64,000 bases of DNA, taken from NCBI GenBank assembly GCA_964016885.1, contig OZ024740.1, positions 321,656,001-321,720,000 on the forward strand, read 5' to 3'. Positions 37,005 to 49,758 of this stretch are shown here, one piece after another (within the stretch, counting starts at the first letter, position 1; the number at the start of each line of letters is the position of its first letter). A model generated the notes under the pieces. It saw nothing but the letters and a program-made list of their open reading frames with translations, was not told where the DNA came from and did not search any database. This DNA comes from Eledone cirrhosa. Its lineage: Eukaryota. Both the position numbers and the translations under genes were made by a program.

Positions 37005-38585
37005 TTTCTGCTATAACTATATTCCACTATAGCTCTACTATGGTGAGATAGCTATGGCTATATTCTTCTATAGCTCTACTATGATGAGGAGGAATGGGTT
37101 TATTCCTCTATAGTTCTACTATGGTGAAGTAGCTATGGCTATATTCCTCTATAGTTCTACTATGGTAAAGTAGCTATGGCTATATTCCTCTATGGTAAAG
37201 TAGCTATGGCTATATTCCTCTATAGTTCTACTATGGTGAAGTAGGTATGGCTATATTCCTCTATAGTTCTACTATGGTAAAGTAGCTATGGCTATATTCC
37301 CTATAGTTCTACTATGGTGAAGTAGCTATGGCTATATTCCCTATAGTTCTACTATGGTGAAGTAGCTATGGCTATATTCCTCTATAGTTCTGTTATGGTG
37401 AGGTAGCTATGGCTATATTCCTCTATAGTTCTGTTATGGTGAAGTAGCTATGGTCATATTCCTCTATAGTTCTACTATGGTGAAGTAGCTATGGCTATAT
37501 TCCTCTATAGTTCTACTATGGTGAAGTAGCTATGGCTATATTCCTCTATAGTTCTACTATGGTGAGGTAGCTATGGCTATATTCCTCTATAGTTCTACTA
37601 TGGTGAAGTAGCTATGGCTATATTCCTCTATAGTTCTACTGTGGTGAGGTAGGTATGGCTATATTCCTCTATAGTTCTACTATGGTGAAGTAGCTATGGC
37701 TATATTCCTCTATAGTTCTACTGTGGTGAGGTAGGTATGGTCATATTCCTCTATAGTTCTACTGTGGTGAGGTAGGTATGGTCATATTCCTCTATAGTTC
37801 TACTGTGGTGAGGTAGGTATGGCTATATTCCTCTATAGTTCTACTATGGTGAAGTAGCTATGGCTATATTCCTCTATAGTTCTACTATGGTGAGGTAGGT
37901 ATGGTCATATTCCTCTATAGTTCTGTTATGGTGAGGAGGAATGGGTATATTCCTGTATAGTTCTAATATGGTGAGATAGCTATGGCTATATACTTCTATA
38001 GCTCTGCTATGGTGTAGTAGCTATGGGTATGTTCTTGTATAGTTCTACTATGGTGAGATAGCTATGGCTATATACTTATATAGCTCTGCTATGGTAAGGT
38101 GACTGTTGCTATATTCCTCTATAGTTCTACTATGGTAAGGTAGGAATGGCTATATTCCTCTATAGTTCTACTATGGTGAGGTAGGAATGGCTATATTCCT
38201 CTATAGTTCTGCTATGGTGAGATAGGAATGGCTGTATTCCTCTATAGTTCTGCTATGGTGAGATAGGAATGGCTGTATTCCTCTATAGTTCTGCTATGGT
38301 GAGATAGGAATGGCTGTATTCCTCTATAGTTCTGCTATGGTGAGATAGGAATGGCTGTATTCCTCTATAGTTCTGCTATGGTGAGATAGGAATGGCTATA
38401 TACCTCTATAGTTCTACTATGGTAAGGTAGGAATGGCTATATTCCTCTATAGCTCTGCTATGGTAAGGTAGAATGGCTGTATTCCTCTATAGTTCTACTA
38501 TGGTGAGATAGCTATGGTATATTCCTTTGTAGCTCTATTATAGAGTGGTTACGGTGACAATATTCTTCTATATTTCTGCTATGGA
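37005..38585. repeat. 41-bp satellite, about 38 copies
   Basis: Unit GCTATGGCTATATTCCTCTATAGTTCTACTATGGTGAAGTA; homogeneous centre and diverged edges. Confidence 0.97.
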
Positions 38586-38737
38586 GTGGTGGAGGTGGTG
38601 GTTATTAAAACATAAACATTCTTTTATTTAAATAATTCTGAAAATATTTGGCAGACAACCTGAAAGAATTCTGAGAAATAGAATTTTAATTCATTTAGTT
38701 TGTGTCAAAATACAGATTATCACAGAGATAGACAGTG

Positions 38738-39105
38738 TGGCTGTCTGATAACGATGTAACATTAATGGCTTTAAAATACTGAGTCAAACCTTCATAGTCA
38801 TCTCTAGTCATCTGTATATGTCACCTCAATGGCTGTCTGATAAAGCTGTAACATTAATGGCTTTACAATACTGAGTCAAACCTTCATAGTCATCTCTAGT
38901 CATCTGTTTATGTCATCTCAATGGCTGTTTGATAAAGATGGCCTTAAAATACTGAGTCAAACCTTCATAGTCATCTCTAGTCTATCTGTTTATGTCATCT
39001 CAAGGGCTGTCTGATAAATATGCTTTAATGGCTTGTGACAAACCTTCATAGTCAAACCCCTTTAGTCTATTTGTTAGTGTCACCTCAATAGCTGGCTGAT
39101 AAGGT
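38738..39105. repeat. 92-bp tandem repeat, about 4 copies
   Basis: TGGCTGTCTGATAA units at 38738, 38830 and 38922, plus shorter derivatives. Confidence 0.85.
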
Positions 39106-40042
39106 GCACTGTTTTTTTGCATGATTTTTCTGTCAAAGATGGAAGAGCAGTGTTCATGACCACTTTTCAAAGCCTCTGAGACTGGTGGAATGAAGATATC
39201 CTCAGAAACCTAGCCTGAATGTTTACAAGAGAGTTGCCTCTGCTAAAGATACTAAAGAACCATGTGGTGGTGTTAAAGTGGGAAAAACCAAGCCACAGCA
39301 GGATTTGAACTCACAACACAAAGAGCAGGAACAAATAGTGCAAGACATCTTGTCCGATGCTCTAACAATTCTGCTAATCCATTGTCCTGGTCTGATATTT
39401 TATTTTGTTGACCCTAAAATGATGAATGGTAAGGGTTAACCTCAACTGTATTTAAACACAGAGTGTAGAATCAAAACAAATACAGCTAGTCATTTTGTCC
39501 TTCACTTTGACAACTCCACCAATTAACCCTATAAACATTAATGGCTTTAAAGTACTAAGGCAAACTTTCACAGTCAAACCACTTGGATCTATTTGTCTGG
39601 AGCTCCTCAATGGAAAATAAGGAATTTATTTACTATTAAAATTGAGAAAACAAGTCAAGCTGTAATAAACCATTTTCGTCATCATCGTAATTATGTCTAT
39701 TTTTCTATGTGCATGCCATTGCTCCAATAATTTGTACTTAATAATTAAAATTTTATTCAAATGTTTTGAATTCGACTCATCTATGTTAGCAAAATATTGT
39801 TGTAAATTAATGAAATTCTCTTTGGAAAGTTAAGTGATCCTTAGTTAGCTGTGGAAAGTTGAAGTTTTTTTTATTTTTTTATAAGTTAGTGAAAAGACAT
39901 GGGTGGAGTGTTGAATAACCTCTGACCTTTGCAGGCCACATTCCCAAACTGATGAGATTGATATGGCTGAGGGCCGATGCTCAGCTTAAACACCTGCAGG
40001 AGAAAACAGGGGTTGGGGCAGAACTGGAGGGTCTTGTTTTAA

Positions 40043-40295
40043 CCCTTTTGATACCAAACTGCCTAAAACTATCTTGAGTTCTACAATATGAAACAATTTG
40101 TTTTAAAGTGTTTATGTTTAACTAAAAACTTTCCATCATAACTTTATGTAAGAACCTTTGTTAAGCTATGTTCTAAATACCAACTTAATAAGAAAGGTAG
40201 TTATTTAATAATGTCCTTCCACATTCTCAATTATTTTCAAAATTATTTGAAAATTATTGGCAGTGTCTTTCATTAGAAATAGAGTAACAAAAAGA
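40043..40295. mobile_element. TTAA-flanked piggyBac-like MITE (other copies at about 49780-50095 and 58675-59075)
   Basis: TTAA|CCCTTTTGATAC ... GTAACAAAAAGA|TTAA; the internal sequence is shared among the copies. Confidence 0.55.
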
Positions 40296-42059
40296 TTAAT
40301 ACTTGTGACGCAGTAAACCACACAGGAATACGTGGGAGTGTAAAACAATGGGACATCTTTACATCAATATTTTACTGTGTTGGCCTGCTGTATAACTGTA
40401 CAACTAATATTGATCTAATCTGGTGCCATGATAAAATGCATTCAGTCCATTCTAGTGCCACAATAAAAAAAAAAAACCCCTGTCAGGTGATAGTGGCAGT
40501 GCCATGATAAAACTCACCTGTTACATGCTAGGAAGTGATCCCAGCCAGACACCATGCCACAATGGAACGTATGAGTATGATGCAGTCATCTGACCTGTTT
40601 TGTCTGACACCCAGTCGAAGCTATACCACCGTGGAAAATAACTGTGAAACAGTGATAATGATGTTTAGACAATTCCCAATATATATTTTCTGTTCTTGAC
40701 TCCCAGAATAACTTCTCTGGTGTTGTTGGGAATTAATCAAGTTTTATCAAGTTTTATTGATTTACTCAAGTGTGGAATCAATAAGATCAATACCTCTTTA
40801 TTCTTTTCTTCTCCTTTGGTCTTTTAATTCTTTTTAATTCTTTATCTGGTTTGACCTTTCTTGTCTTTTGTTTTCAATTAAAAATAAATCATAACAATAA
40901 TTCGTGAACTGGGGCCCCTGTCATTAAAACACATGAGCAACTTCTTGTGAGATGTAACTTCATAGGAGGCCAGCTAAACCTATGTAGGTATGAGAAATAA
41001 CAACTCTCTCTCTCTCTGTATATAAAGGCTCCCAGTCCACACTGTAAATGTGGTTGGTGTTAGGAAGGGCATCCAGCCGTAGAAAACCTGCCAGAAGCAG
41101 TTCCGTATGAGCGAGACACGGTCACCCGACCAATCTTGCCTCAAGTGGGACAAACCCATCCAACCCATGTTAGTGTATATGGATGTTAAACGATGATGAT
41201 ATATATATATATATATTTATATATTGACGACAACCTTTTTCAGCCCATATCATCATTCTCATCATCGTTTAATATTCAGTTTTCCACAATTACATGGGCT
41301 AGATGGGTTATCACATTATGAAACGAGTCAGGCCAGGTGACCACAACTTGCTCATATGGGTGTGTATTTTGTCTTCGTTTTTATGGCTGGAGGACCTTCA
41401 TAATGCCAACCATGTGACGGTGTGGACTGGGTGCTTTTTATTGTGGCAACAAAACAACTATCTAGTGGGGTAGACTAGGTGCTTTTTTGTCATGTCACCA
41501 GCATGACCACCTTACTTGGTGGTCTGGGTGCTTTTTTTCTCGTGTCATAGGGTGGACTAGGAACCTCTTGTGTCACCAGCATGACCACCTTACAAGGTCG
41601 ATTGTATGCTGCCTCTTGTCATGTTACTAGCATGACCACTTTACAGGGTGTACTAGGTGCTTTTTTTTTTGTTGTGGCACCAGATCACCATACAAGGTGG
41701 ACTTTATGCTTTTTGTTATATTGTTATACTTTGGGAGGGTCATGCTGCCAATAAAAAAACATACACACCTGTTGGTTTTCACTTCAATTTATTATAAACT
41801 TCCAGTTGGTTAGTTTAATAATCAAATGGTTGTTTATTTGTTTATTGTTAAAGCTCTTTCGTCACTCATTCTGTGACCTCCTCAGTGACTACTTTTGTGT
41901 CTCCCCTTTGTTCTGTCCTACACCATCTTGTTTTTATATATATCATTATGACTGGAGCCCCTATCATTAACACCTAAGAAAATTCATATGGGATGCACCC
42001 CTCACTGAAAGATTAATGACAAACTTGACCTTGGTTAGATTTGAATCCCAAATATAATT

Positions 42060-42235
42060 GTTTCTACTTTTGGGTCAAGGCCAGCAATTATCCCAGTGCA
42101 TTACTGGTACTTTATTTTATTGACCCCGAAAGGATGAAAGGCAAAGTTAACCTCGGCGGGATTTGAACTCCGATCATAAAGGGACGTAACTCTATGCTTC
42201 AAAGCATGGTGTCCGACTCTCTACCGATACTGCCA
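42060..42235 (-). mobile_element. tRNA-derived SINE with 13-bp TSD
   Basis: Same family as 4255; TSD CCCAAATATAATT at 42047-42059 and 42236-42248. Confidence 0.88.
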
Positions 42236-42489
42236 CCCAAATATAATTATCCATAACCAGATACATTGCATTCTGTCCTGTACTCCACTAATTTTACTTC
42301 CTTTATTTTTACTAATACATCTGTTTTCCCTTCTGGCATGAGTTAGATAGGTCCTCATTGTCTGAGAGTAGACAGGTTAGGGAGCCATGTCTTGCTCGTA
42401 CATGCCATGTTTTCTACAGTTCGATGACCTTCCTAACACTAACCACTTTACAATAAAAATGTTTGACAAAAATGAATCTGATTGATAGT

Positions 42490-42532
<43 letters not shown>

Positions 42533-42714
42533 GTTAAAACTCTTTTGTAACTTCTGATAAACATTATACTAATATACCATTATTGCAATGTGTTTATGGG
42601 TAGTACTGTTTTTTCCCATGTATTGTAGTTGTAATTATAGTTGCTTTGTTAAATTGGGTGTTATTTATAAATATGACAACGTTTCTAGTGCTGGTGCTAT
42701 GCTAAAATGTATCC

Positions 42715-44050
42715 ATTTTATGTCCGCTTTTCCATGCTTGCATGGGTGGGATGAGTATTTTTCAGTACAGCATCTATCCACTTGTCATGTTCCTTGTCAT
42801 CTCCTCTGTGAGCTTCCCTGAATTGAGATAACTCTCACCACTTTCACCCAAGTCTTCCTTGATCTTCCTCTATTGCTGATTCCTTCCACAGGGATTTCTT
42901 GACATTTTTTCACCCAGCAATCATCAGCCATACTCATCACATGTCCATACCAGCACAGTCTCCTCCCTTGCACACTACATCTGATTCCTCTTATACCCAG
43001 TTTTTTCTCTTAGTTCATCCATGCTTTGTTGTTCATGCACCTTAACATAGCACATCCATTGAAGCAAGTTCTCTTCATTTCTATCCACCCTTCACATATT
43101 CTCTGTCTTACTACTCTGCAACATCACATATTGCACACAGGCATCATACAGCCTACCTTTTGTTGAATTGTACCTTGAATTCCCCACTAAGTTTATTCCC
43201 TACTCTCATTTTACTGACAGTTCTCACAAGCCATTTTTCTACACTTAGTTTCCTTAAGGACTTCTAGATGACAGATTGCAAAACTTTCTCAAAGGACTTC
43301 TCCAGATCTACAAATGCTTGATCTAATAGCTTATGCTTAGCTTGGAACTTCTCTTGTAGTTCCCTCACTAAGAAGTGGGCATCTTTGCACAAAACCAAAC
43401 TGTATTATATTTAATTTGACTCTCCTTAATTAGTTCTACTAGAACTGTCCATCACTTTCATAACTGTTTTATTCCCCTGTAATTGCTCCTTTACTGAGCA
43501 TCACCTTTTCACTTATAGCAATTAATGAGTATATTGTTGCACTAATCATTAGGTATGACCCCGTCCTGTATTACCTCATTGACTGTGAGTGACTAATTCA
43601 GTTCCTACTTCCACAGATGATTTTAGCATCTCAGTGACTGTTTCAGATGATCCAGCAGCTTTACTATTTTCTTTTTCTTGATTGCTTCTTTGACTCTAGA
43701 TTTCAATTACAATGATTGGTCCCTTTGTTGCGTCAGCTGGGTGTAGTTTCTTTTCTTCTCATTCATTCTCCACATTCATCAGTCTCCAGTGTAGCAATTC
43801 CAGGCCTCTCATTTCATTGATGCTAAGTACATCAGTGTCATTTCAAACACTCTTTTCCCTAACAATATCCTGATTCACACTAACACACTGCTTTGTAAAG
43901 TGGAACACTTCACATCTCTGTTCCTCACATTGCAAGACATTGGCAAGCAAACCTCCTGCTTTCAGCCTCTTTGCACACTATGTATATGTTCCATTTAGTT
44001 TCTCTTTTAGCTTCCTGGTATTGATCTTTGTTGCCTCCATTTTCCAGTGC
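42715..44050 (-). mobile_element. Degenerate RTE LINE relic
   Basis: Colinear with 46570-48600, with deletions. Confidence 0.75.
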
Positions 44051-44410
44051 TCTAGTGTAGAAAAGAGGTAATGCTGGTGTCACAATAAAATGCACTCAGC
44101 CATGATAAAACATACCAGGTACTTGCCATGAAGTGGTTGGCATTAGGAAGGGCATCCAGCCAATAGAGCCCATGCCAGAATTGAATGTATGAGTGAGATA
44201 ATCATCTGACCTATCTAGCCTCAAAATGTAACAACCTGTCAAACCTATGCATGGAAAAAACATATAAAACGGTGATGATGATGATTTCTAAAACAAACCT
44301 AACCACATATATCATAATGCTTCATATAAAATATATTGCTTCTTTTTAAAATATTTTCCAATATTTTCAAAAATTACAGAACTTTTTTCATTATTTCTCC
44401 TCTGTTTCAG

Positions 44411-44686
44411 GAATACATCAAGAATAAACTCAATGATGATATTGCCCAGAACTTCTATGAACATATCCTCTGTTCTCAGAACAGATGTCCTTCTCGGGGT
44501 TATATACCACACCATAATGTGACCGTGTCACATTTGAAGTTCAGTGACAGCCTAGCCTCTCTCTTAAAGGGTAGTGTCGAGGAAAAAGGTAAGGCTGTCA
44601 TTGCTCTTTGTAAAAGACAGGTGACTGCTAAACCTCCGGCAACAATCCCAAGACCAGAATTTATACAGTTTGAAGCTTTACAGCAG
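44411..44686 (+). CDS. MEAK7: MEAK7 coding exon 2
   Basis: TTTCAG|GAA...CAG|GTAAAA; 276 nt, phase 0/0; contains SLLKGSVEEK. Confidence 0.85.
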
Positions 44687-46554
44687 GTAAAAAGGAATTT
44701 TATCTTTGAAATTTTATCAACAGTATTTTGAAGATTAAAAAGTCTTAATTTTTTTTTCTTTATCTCCTCCTCTCTCCTCTTCTTCCTCCTTCAGAAGAGT
44801 CTGAGAGAAGAATTATCAGTTTTATCAGACGTAACTGTTTTCCCCATCAAGTCCAATCAGGATTGTGAGTGTTATGCAACCATTCATCTTGTTTATAGCT
44901 TATCTCTGGGTCTCCTGTTGGCTTGTTTTGCCTGCAAAATCTGTCCAGCAATTCTTTCCTTAGACATTCTAACCACCTGCACATAGTACCAGAGATGTGG
45001 TCTCTTGATGTGTAGCAGTTGTAGCTCTACTTGGATCGGCCCCTGATCTCCTAGCTATGCACTCTATTGAGTCATGTTACTCCAAAGACCCTTCAGAAGA
45101 CTACTTGTATTTGTGATTGTATTCTTTCGGTCATTGTCCAAGATTCATGACCATAGGTAAGGGTAGGCATGAACACAAAATTGAAGATAGTGAGTTTGGT
45201 TTCTACACCTACCTCCCGTCTTCTGATGACTGAGTACTGAAGCTGGCACATTCTCCAGCATTTGTTTCACTTAATTTAGCCTCCTGCCTTCCATAACGCA
45301 TGAAGATACCTTGAAAAGCTTGTACTTCTCCACCTGCTTCAGTGTAACACCACTCACACGCAGAGTGCACAGGGTGGGCTTTCTGAAGGGACAAATATCT
45401 CAATCTTCATGGCACTGATTTTTATTCCTGTTGTGCAGCAAACCTATCTAGTGCATGTTGAAGATCATATTCCCATGAGTTAAGTAGCACCATGTCGTCT
45501 GCAAATAGCTGACTGATCATATGTCAACCAGTTTTGATACCTCTTCCAACTTGGCTGAGCATGTCATTCTTGTTCATGATTTTGAACAGGTGTATTTGTC
45601 ACCTCACTTGTTCATGTGGAATACACTATATTTTAATTAATTAATGAAGAATTTTACTAAAATTAGTTTTGTTATTAAAATGGTATTTGTACATAACATA
45701 TGGTTCTTATAAATGGAAAGTTTTAATTTAAATAGGAACCCTTTAAGATGGATGTTTTTGTTACCATCATCATCACTATTTAACATCTATTTTCCATGCT
45801 TACATGGGTTAGACAGGTTGTAGCATTCTGAGGCTAGAATGACCAGATGACCACGTCTTGCTCATTCATTCCCTTTTTGGCTTGGCTTTTATAGCTGGAT
45901 GCCTTTTCTAATACCAACCACTTTACAGCTTGTGCTTGGAGCATTTTATTATAACTCCAGCTCTACCATCTTACCAGGTGGACTGGTTACTTTTGATGTG
46001 GCACCAGCTGTAGTTTCTATAGTTATATGCCCTTCTTGATGTCAACCATTTTATAGTATGTACTGGGAGTATTATATTGTGGTACCAGCACTACCACTTT
46101 ATTGAGTAGGCTTGGTGTGTCTTATTGTGGGTCCAACAGGCTGGATTTATTTCATGGCCCCAGCTCTGCTCCATTACAACACTAGGGTATTTCCTGTCTC
46201 CTTGGCTAGGCTGGGAAAAAAGTTATGGGAATGGAGGTGGGTGGCAGTTAGAACTACATGGAGGGGGTCATCCCACAGTGTAGAAAGTAAGTGTCAGGTT
46301 TTGTAGGTGGCCTTGAAGAAAATAAGTGATGTCTAGCATTGTATTGTGCTTTTGTTTTACTACTTTCCAGTACACACTGTAAAGTGGTTGGTAATAGGAA
46401 GGGCATCCAGCTGTATAAAACCTGCCAAACAAAATCTTGAGGAGCCTTCAGTTGTGTCAAAGACACGACAATCTCCTTAGTGCTGGTGTTGTGATAAATG
46501 TGCTTTCTATAGTGCAGGAAAATATGTAAACCCTGAACCCGACCACTTTATATA

Positions 46555-49495
46555 TCATCATCATCATCATCTTACGTCCGCTTTTCCCTGCTTGCAAGGG
46601 TGGGACGGGTCTTATTCAGCACAGCATCTCTCCACTTGTCATGGTCCTTCGTCATCTCCACTGTGAGCTTCAGCGATCTGAGGTTTGTTCTCACCACCTC
46701 CGCCCATGTTTTCCGTGGTCTACCTCTACCACGTCTTCCTTCAACTGGCATTTCCTGGCACTTCTTCATCCATCGGTCATCCTCCATGCGCATCACATGT
46801 CCATACCACCTCAGTCTCCTTACATTCTATCCCTCTCAGACACAGTTTCTTTCTCAACACATTCATGCTGGGTCGTTCACGCACATTGACATTTGACATC
46901 CAACGGAGCATGCTTGCCTCATTTCTCTCCAGCCGTCGCAGAACCTCTGCAGTTGCTGCCCATGTCTCACTACCATGCAGCATCGTGCTCCTCACACTGG
47001 CATCATATAACCGGCCTTTCGTACGCAGGGAGAAACCCTTCTTCGTCAGCAGAGGAAGCAGCTCCCTAAACTTCTTCCAACCCATCCTTATTCTAGATAA
47101 TATGGCCTCGGAACCCCCCCCCCCCCCCCCCTCCCATGCTAATCTGATCTCCTAGGTACTGGAAGCTATCCACCACTTCTATAGCACCCGCCTGCATTTG
47201 AAAAATGTGTCTATCAATGCGACTTCTACTGTCTAATTTCCCTGTACATCTACTGCATACGTATTTCTCCCTACCTGTTAGTTTGCCTGCTATCCCGCTA
47301 CATCTCTTGTGTACTCAGGATCTGCATTGTGTGCATTTTATAGAATTTATGCCAGTTCCTTTTCTGCATATCGAACATGGCCATTTCCCTGACGGAATCA
47401 GAGTTTTGTCCTCTTTTCTACTCATCAACACTTTTGTCTTAGCTAGGTTCACTCAATCCTCTTGCTTCCAACTGCTGTTTCCATAGCCAGAATTTATTCT
47501 CTAGCTCCTCTACTGATTCTGCTATAAGAACCAGATCATCAGCATAGAGAAGTTCCCATGGACAGCCAGTCTTAAACTCCTCTGTTATGGCTTGGAGGAC
47601 TATAATGAACAAGAGTGGGCTGAGGACCGAACCTTGATGTACTCCTACTTGTATCTGGAATTCCTCACTAAACTCCATTCCTACCCTGACTTTATTGACA
47701 GCACCTCTGTACAAAGTTTGCACTGTCCTCATAAGCCATTCCTCACAGCTAGTTTCCTTAGGGACCACCAGATGACAGATCGGGGTACCCTATCAAAGGC
47801 CTTCTCTAGGTCAACAAAGGCTAAGTATAGTGGCTTATTCTTCTCTAAGAACCTCTCTTGTAATTGTCTTACCAAGAAGAGGGCATCTGTTGTACTTTTC
47901 CGAGGCACAAAACCAAACTGCATCTCATCTAGTTTGACCCTTTCTCTAATTAGTTGTGCTAAAATCCTTTCTGCCACTTTCATAACCTGATCCATCAGTT
48001 TTATACCCCTATAATTGCTCCTCTCCAGAGCATCCCCTTTACCTTTGTAGCAATTTATGAGAATACTGCTGCACCAGTCTTTGGGTATGACACCACCATA
48101 TATAGCCTGATTGATGATGAGTGCAACCAGTTTAGTGCCTAAGTCCCGTGATGCCTTCAGCATCTCAGCAACTATCCCTGACGGTCCAGCAGCCTTACCA
48201 TTTTTCATTTCCTTAATCGCCTCTTGGACTCTATATTCGTCAATCTCAATAGCTGGTCCCTCTGTCATATCTACTGAGGGTAATTTCTCTCTCTCCCATT
48301 CATTCTCCACGTTCATCAGTCTCTCATAAAGACATTTCCAGGCCTCCTTTTTCTGATCATTTGTGACACTAAGTACACCGGCATCATCCCTGACACATTT
48401 ATCTCCAACAACATCTGATTTGCATTGACACACTGCCTTGCAATGTGGAACACCGCACGCCTCTGATCTTCCCGTCGCTGAACATTGGCAAACCTCCTAC
48501 TCTCAGCCTCCCTGCGTGCTAAGTACACCTGTCGTCTAGCTTCTCTCTTAGTGGCTGCATATCCTTCTCTACTCCCACCCTTTTTCCAAGCCTTCAATGC
48601 TAGTCTTTTGTCTCTAATGGCCTTATCTACTGTGCTGTTCTACCACCAGGTCACTCTCTGTCTGGTTGGAGCTCTGCTCCAGCCACAAGTTTCATCAGTA
48701 GCCTGCAGTAAGTTGTCATGTAAGAAATTCCAGTTATTATCTGTCATACATCTCTAAATCGTCTTTTTTTTCATCACACACATCTTGAAGGGCTTTCCTA
48801 AATTTGTATTTTAGTGAAAGGTCTTTTAGCTTCCAGACCTTTCTTCTCCACACCTTCCTGTATGTCTCATTCCATCTCTTGCTTACTGAGATATCACTAA
48901 CGACTAACCTATGCTGTGGGGTACATTCTTCATGCCTTGCTATTTGACACCATCTTCCTGTCCCGCTGCCTAACTAGTAAGAAGTCAATCTGGCTTATGT
49001 GCTCACCTGATTTGTAGGTTATTAGGTGGTTGGCAGGTTTCTGGAAGTTAGTGTTGCAAATAGTCAGTGTACTTGCATCACAAAATTCAAGAAGTCTCAC
49101 TCCTTCATTTCTTGAGCCGTAACCGTGCCCACCATGTACCCCAGTGTAACCATCCTGGAGCTGTCCAACATGACCATTGAAGTCTCCTGCTAGCATAACA
49201 ATGTCTCCGTCCTCTGTCATTGTGGTTGTTTGTAAAAGTTGCTCGTAAAAGCAGTCTTTCTCCTCTTTGCCTAGGCCTGCTTGGGGAGCATAGGCAGAGA
49301 TGATTGTCAGTAGTCTCCTGCCTACAACTAATCTAAGCTTAATTATTCGATGACTAACTCGAACTACCTCTATTGTTTTATTGATCCATCTCTCAGCCAG
49401 GAAAATGCCTACTCCCCCTAACCCATCATCCTTACCTACCCAGAAAAGCTTATAGCTAAGATGTTTGCCTGCGACTAGTCTCACAGAGGCACTTC
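46555..49495 (-). mobile_element. RTE LINE, nearly full ORF2 (APE, RT, PHD finger) with several frameshifts and stops
   Basis: GGVGI, AYAPQ, GDFNGHVG, QFGFVP, FVDLEKAFDRVP, GVHQGSVLSPLLF, YADD; (GAT)n tail; lies in MEAK7 intron 2. Confidence 0.95.
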
Positions 49496-49619
49496 TCTCT
49501 CTATATATATATACACAAACTCACACACACACACCTAAGATTTAGTTGTTGTTCAGTCCAGACATAAACACAATTTTGATATATTACCATTGATGTGAAA
49601 TATGATTTATATTCTTCAG

Positions 49620-49758
49620 TTGGTAGAACAGTTGTGTGAATCTCTGTGGATGCAAATGTCTAGACTAGCATCTCAGCACTACAACTGGAACCTAACCTGT
49701 TATGGTGACTCAATAAAACGACTTGGCACTGCGTTGCTTCAAGATCTTTCCTTATCAA
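49620..49758 (+). CDS. MEAK7: MEAK7 coding exon 3 (not in ORF track)
   Basis: TTCTTCAG|TTG...TCAA|GTAAGT; LVEQLCESLWMQMSRLASQHYNWNLTCYGDSIKRLGTALLQDLSLS; phase 0/1. Confidence 0.82.

Noticed and set aside
37005-38585. Regular short repeats resembling a CRISPR array
   Set aside because: The units are contiguous with no unique spacers, there are no cas genes, and the context is a eukaryotic intron.
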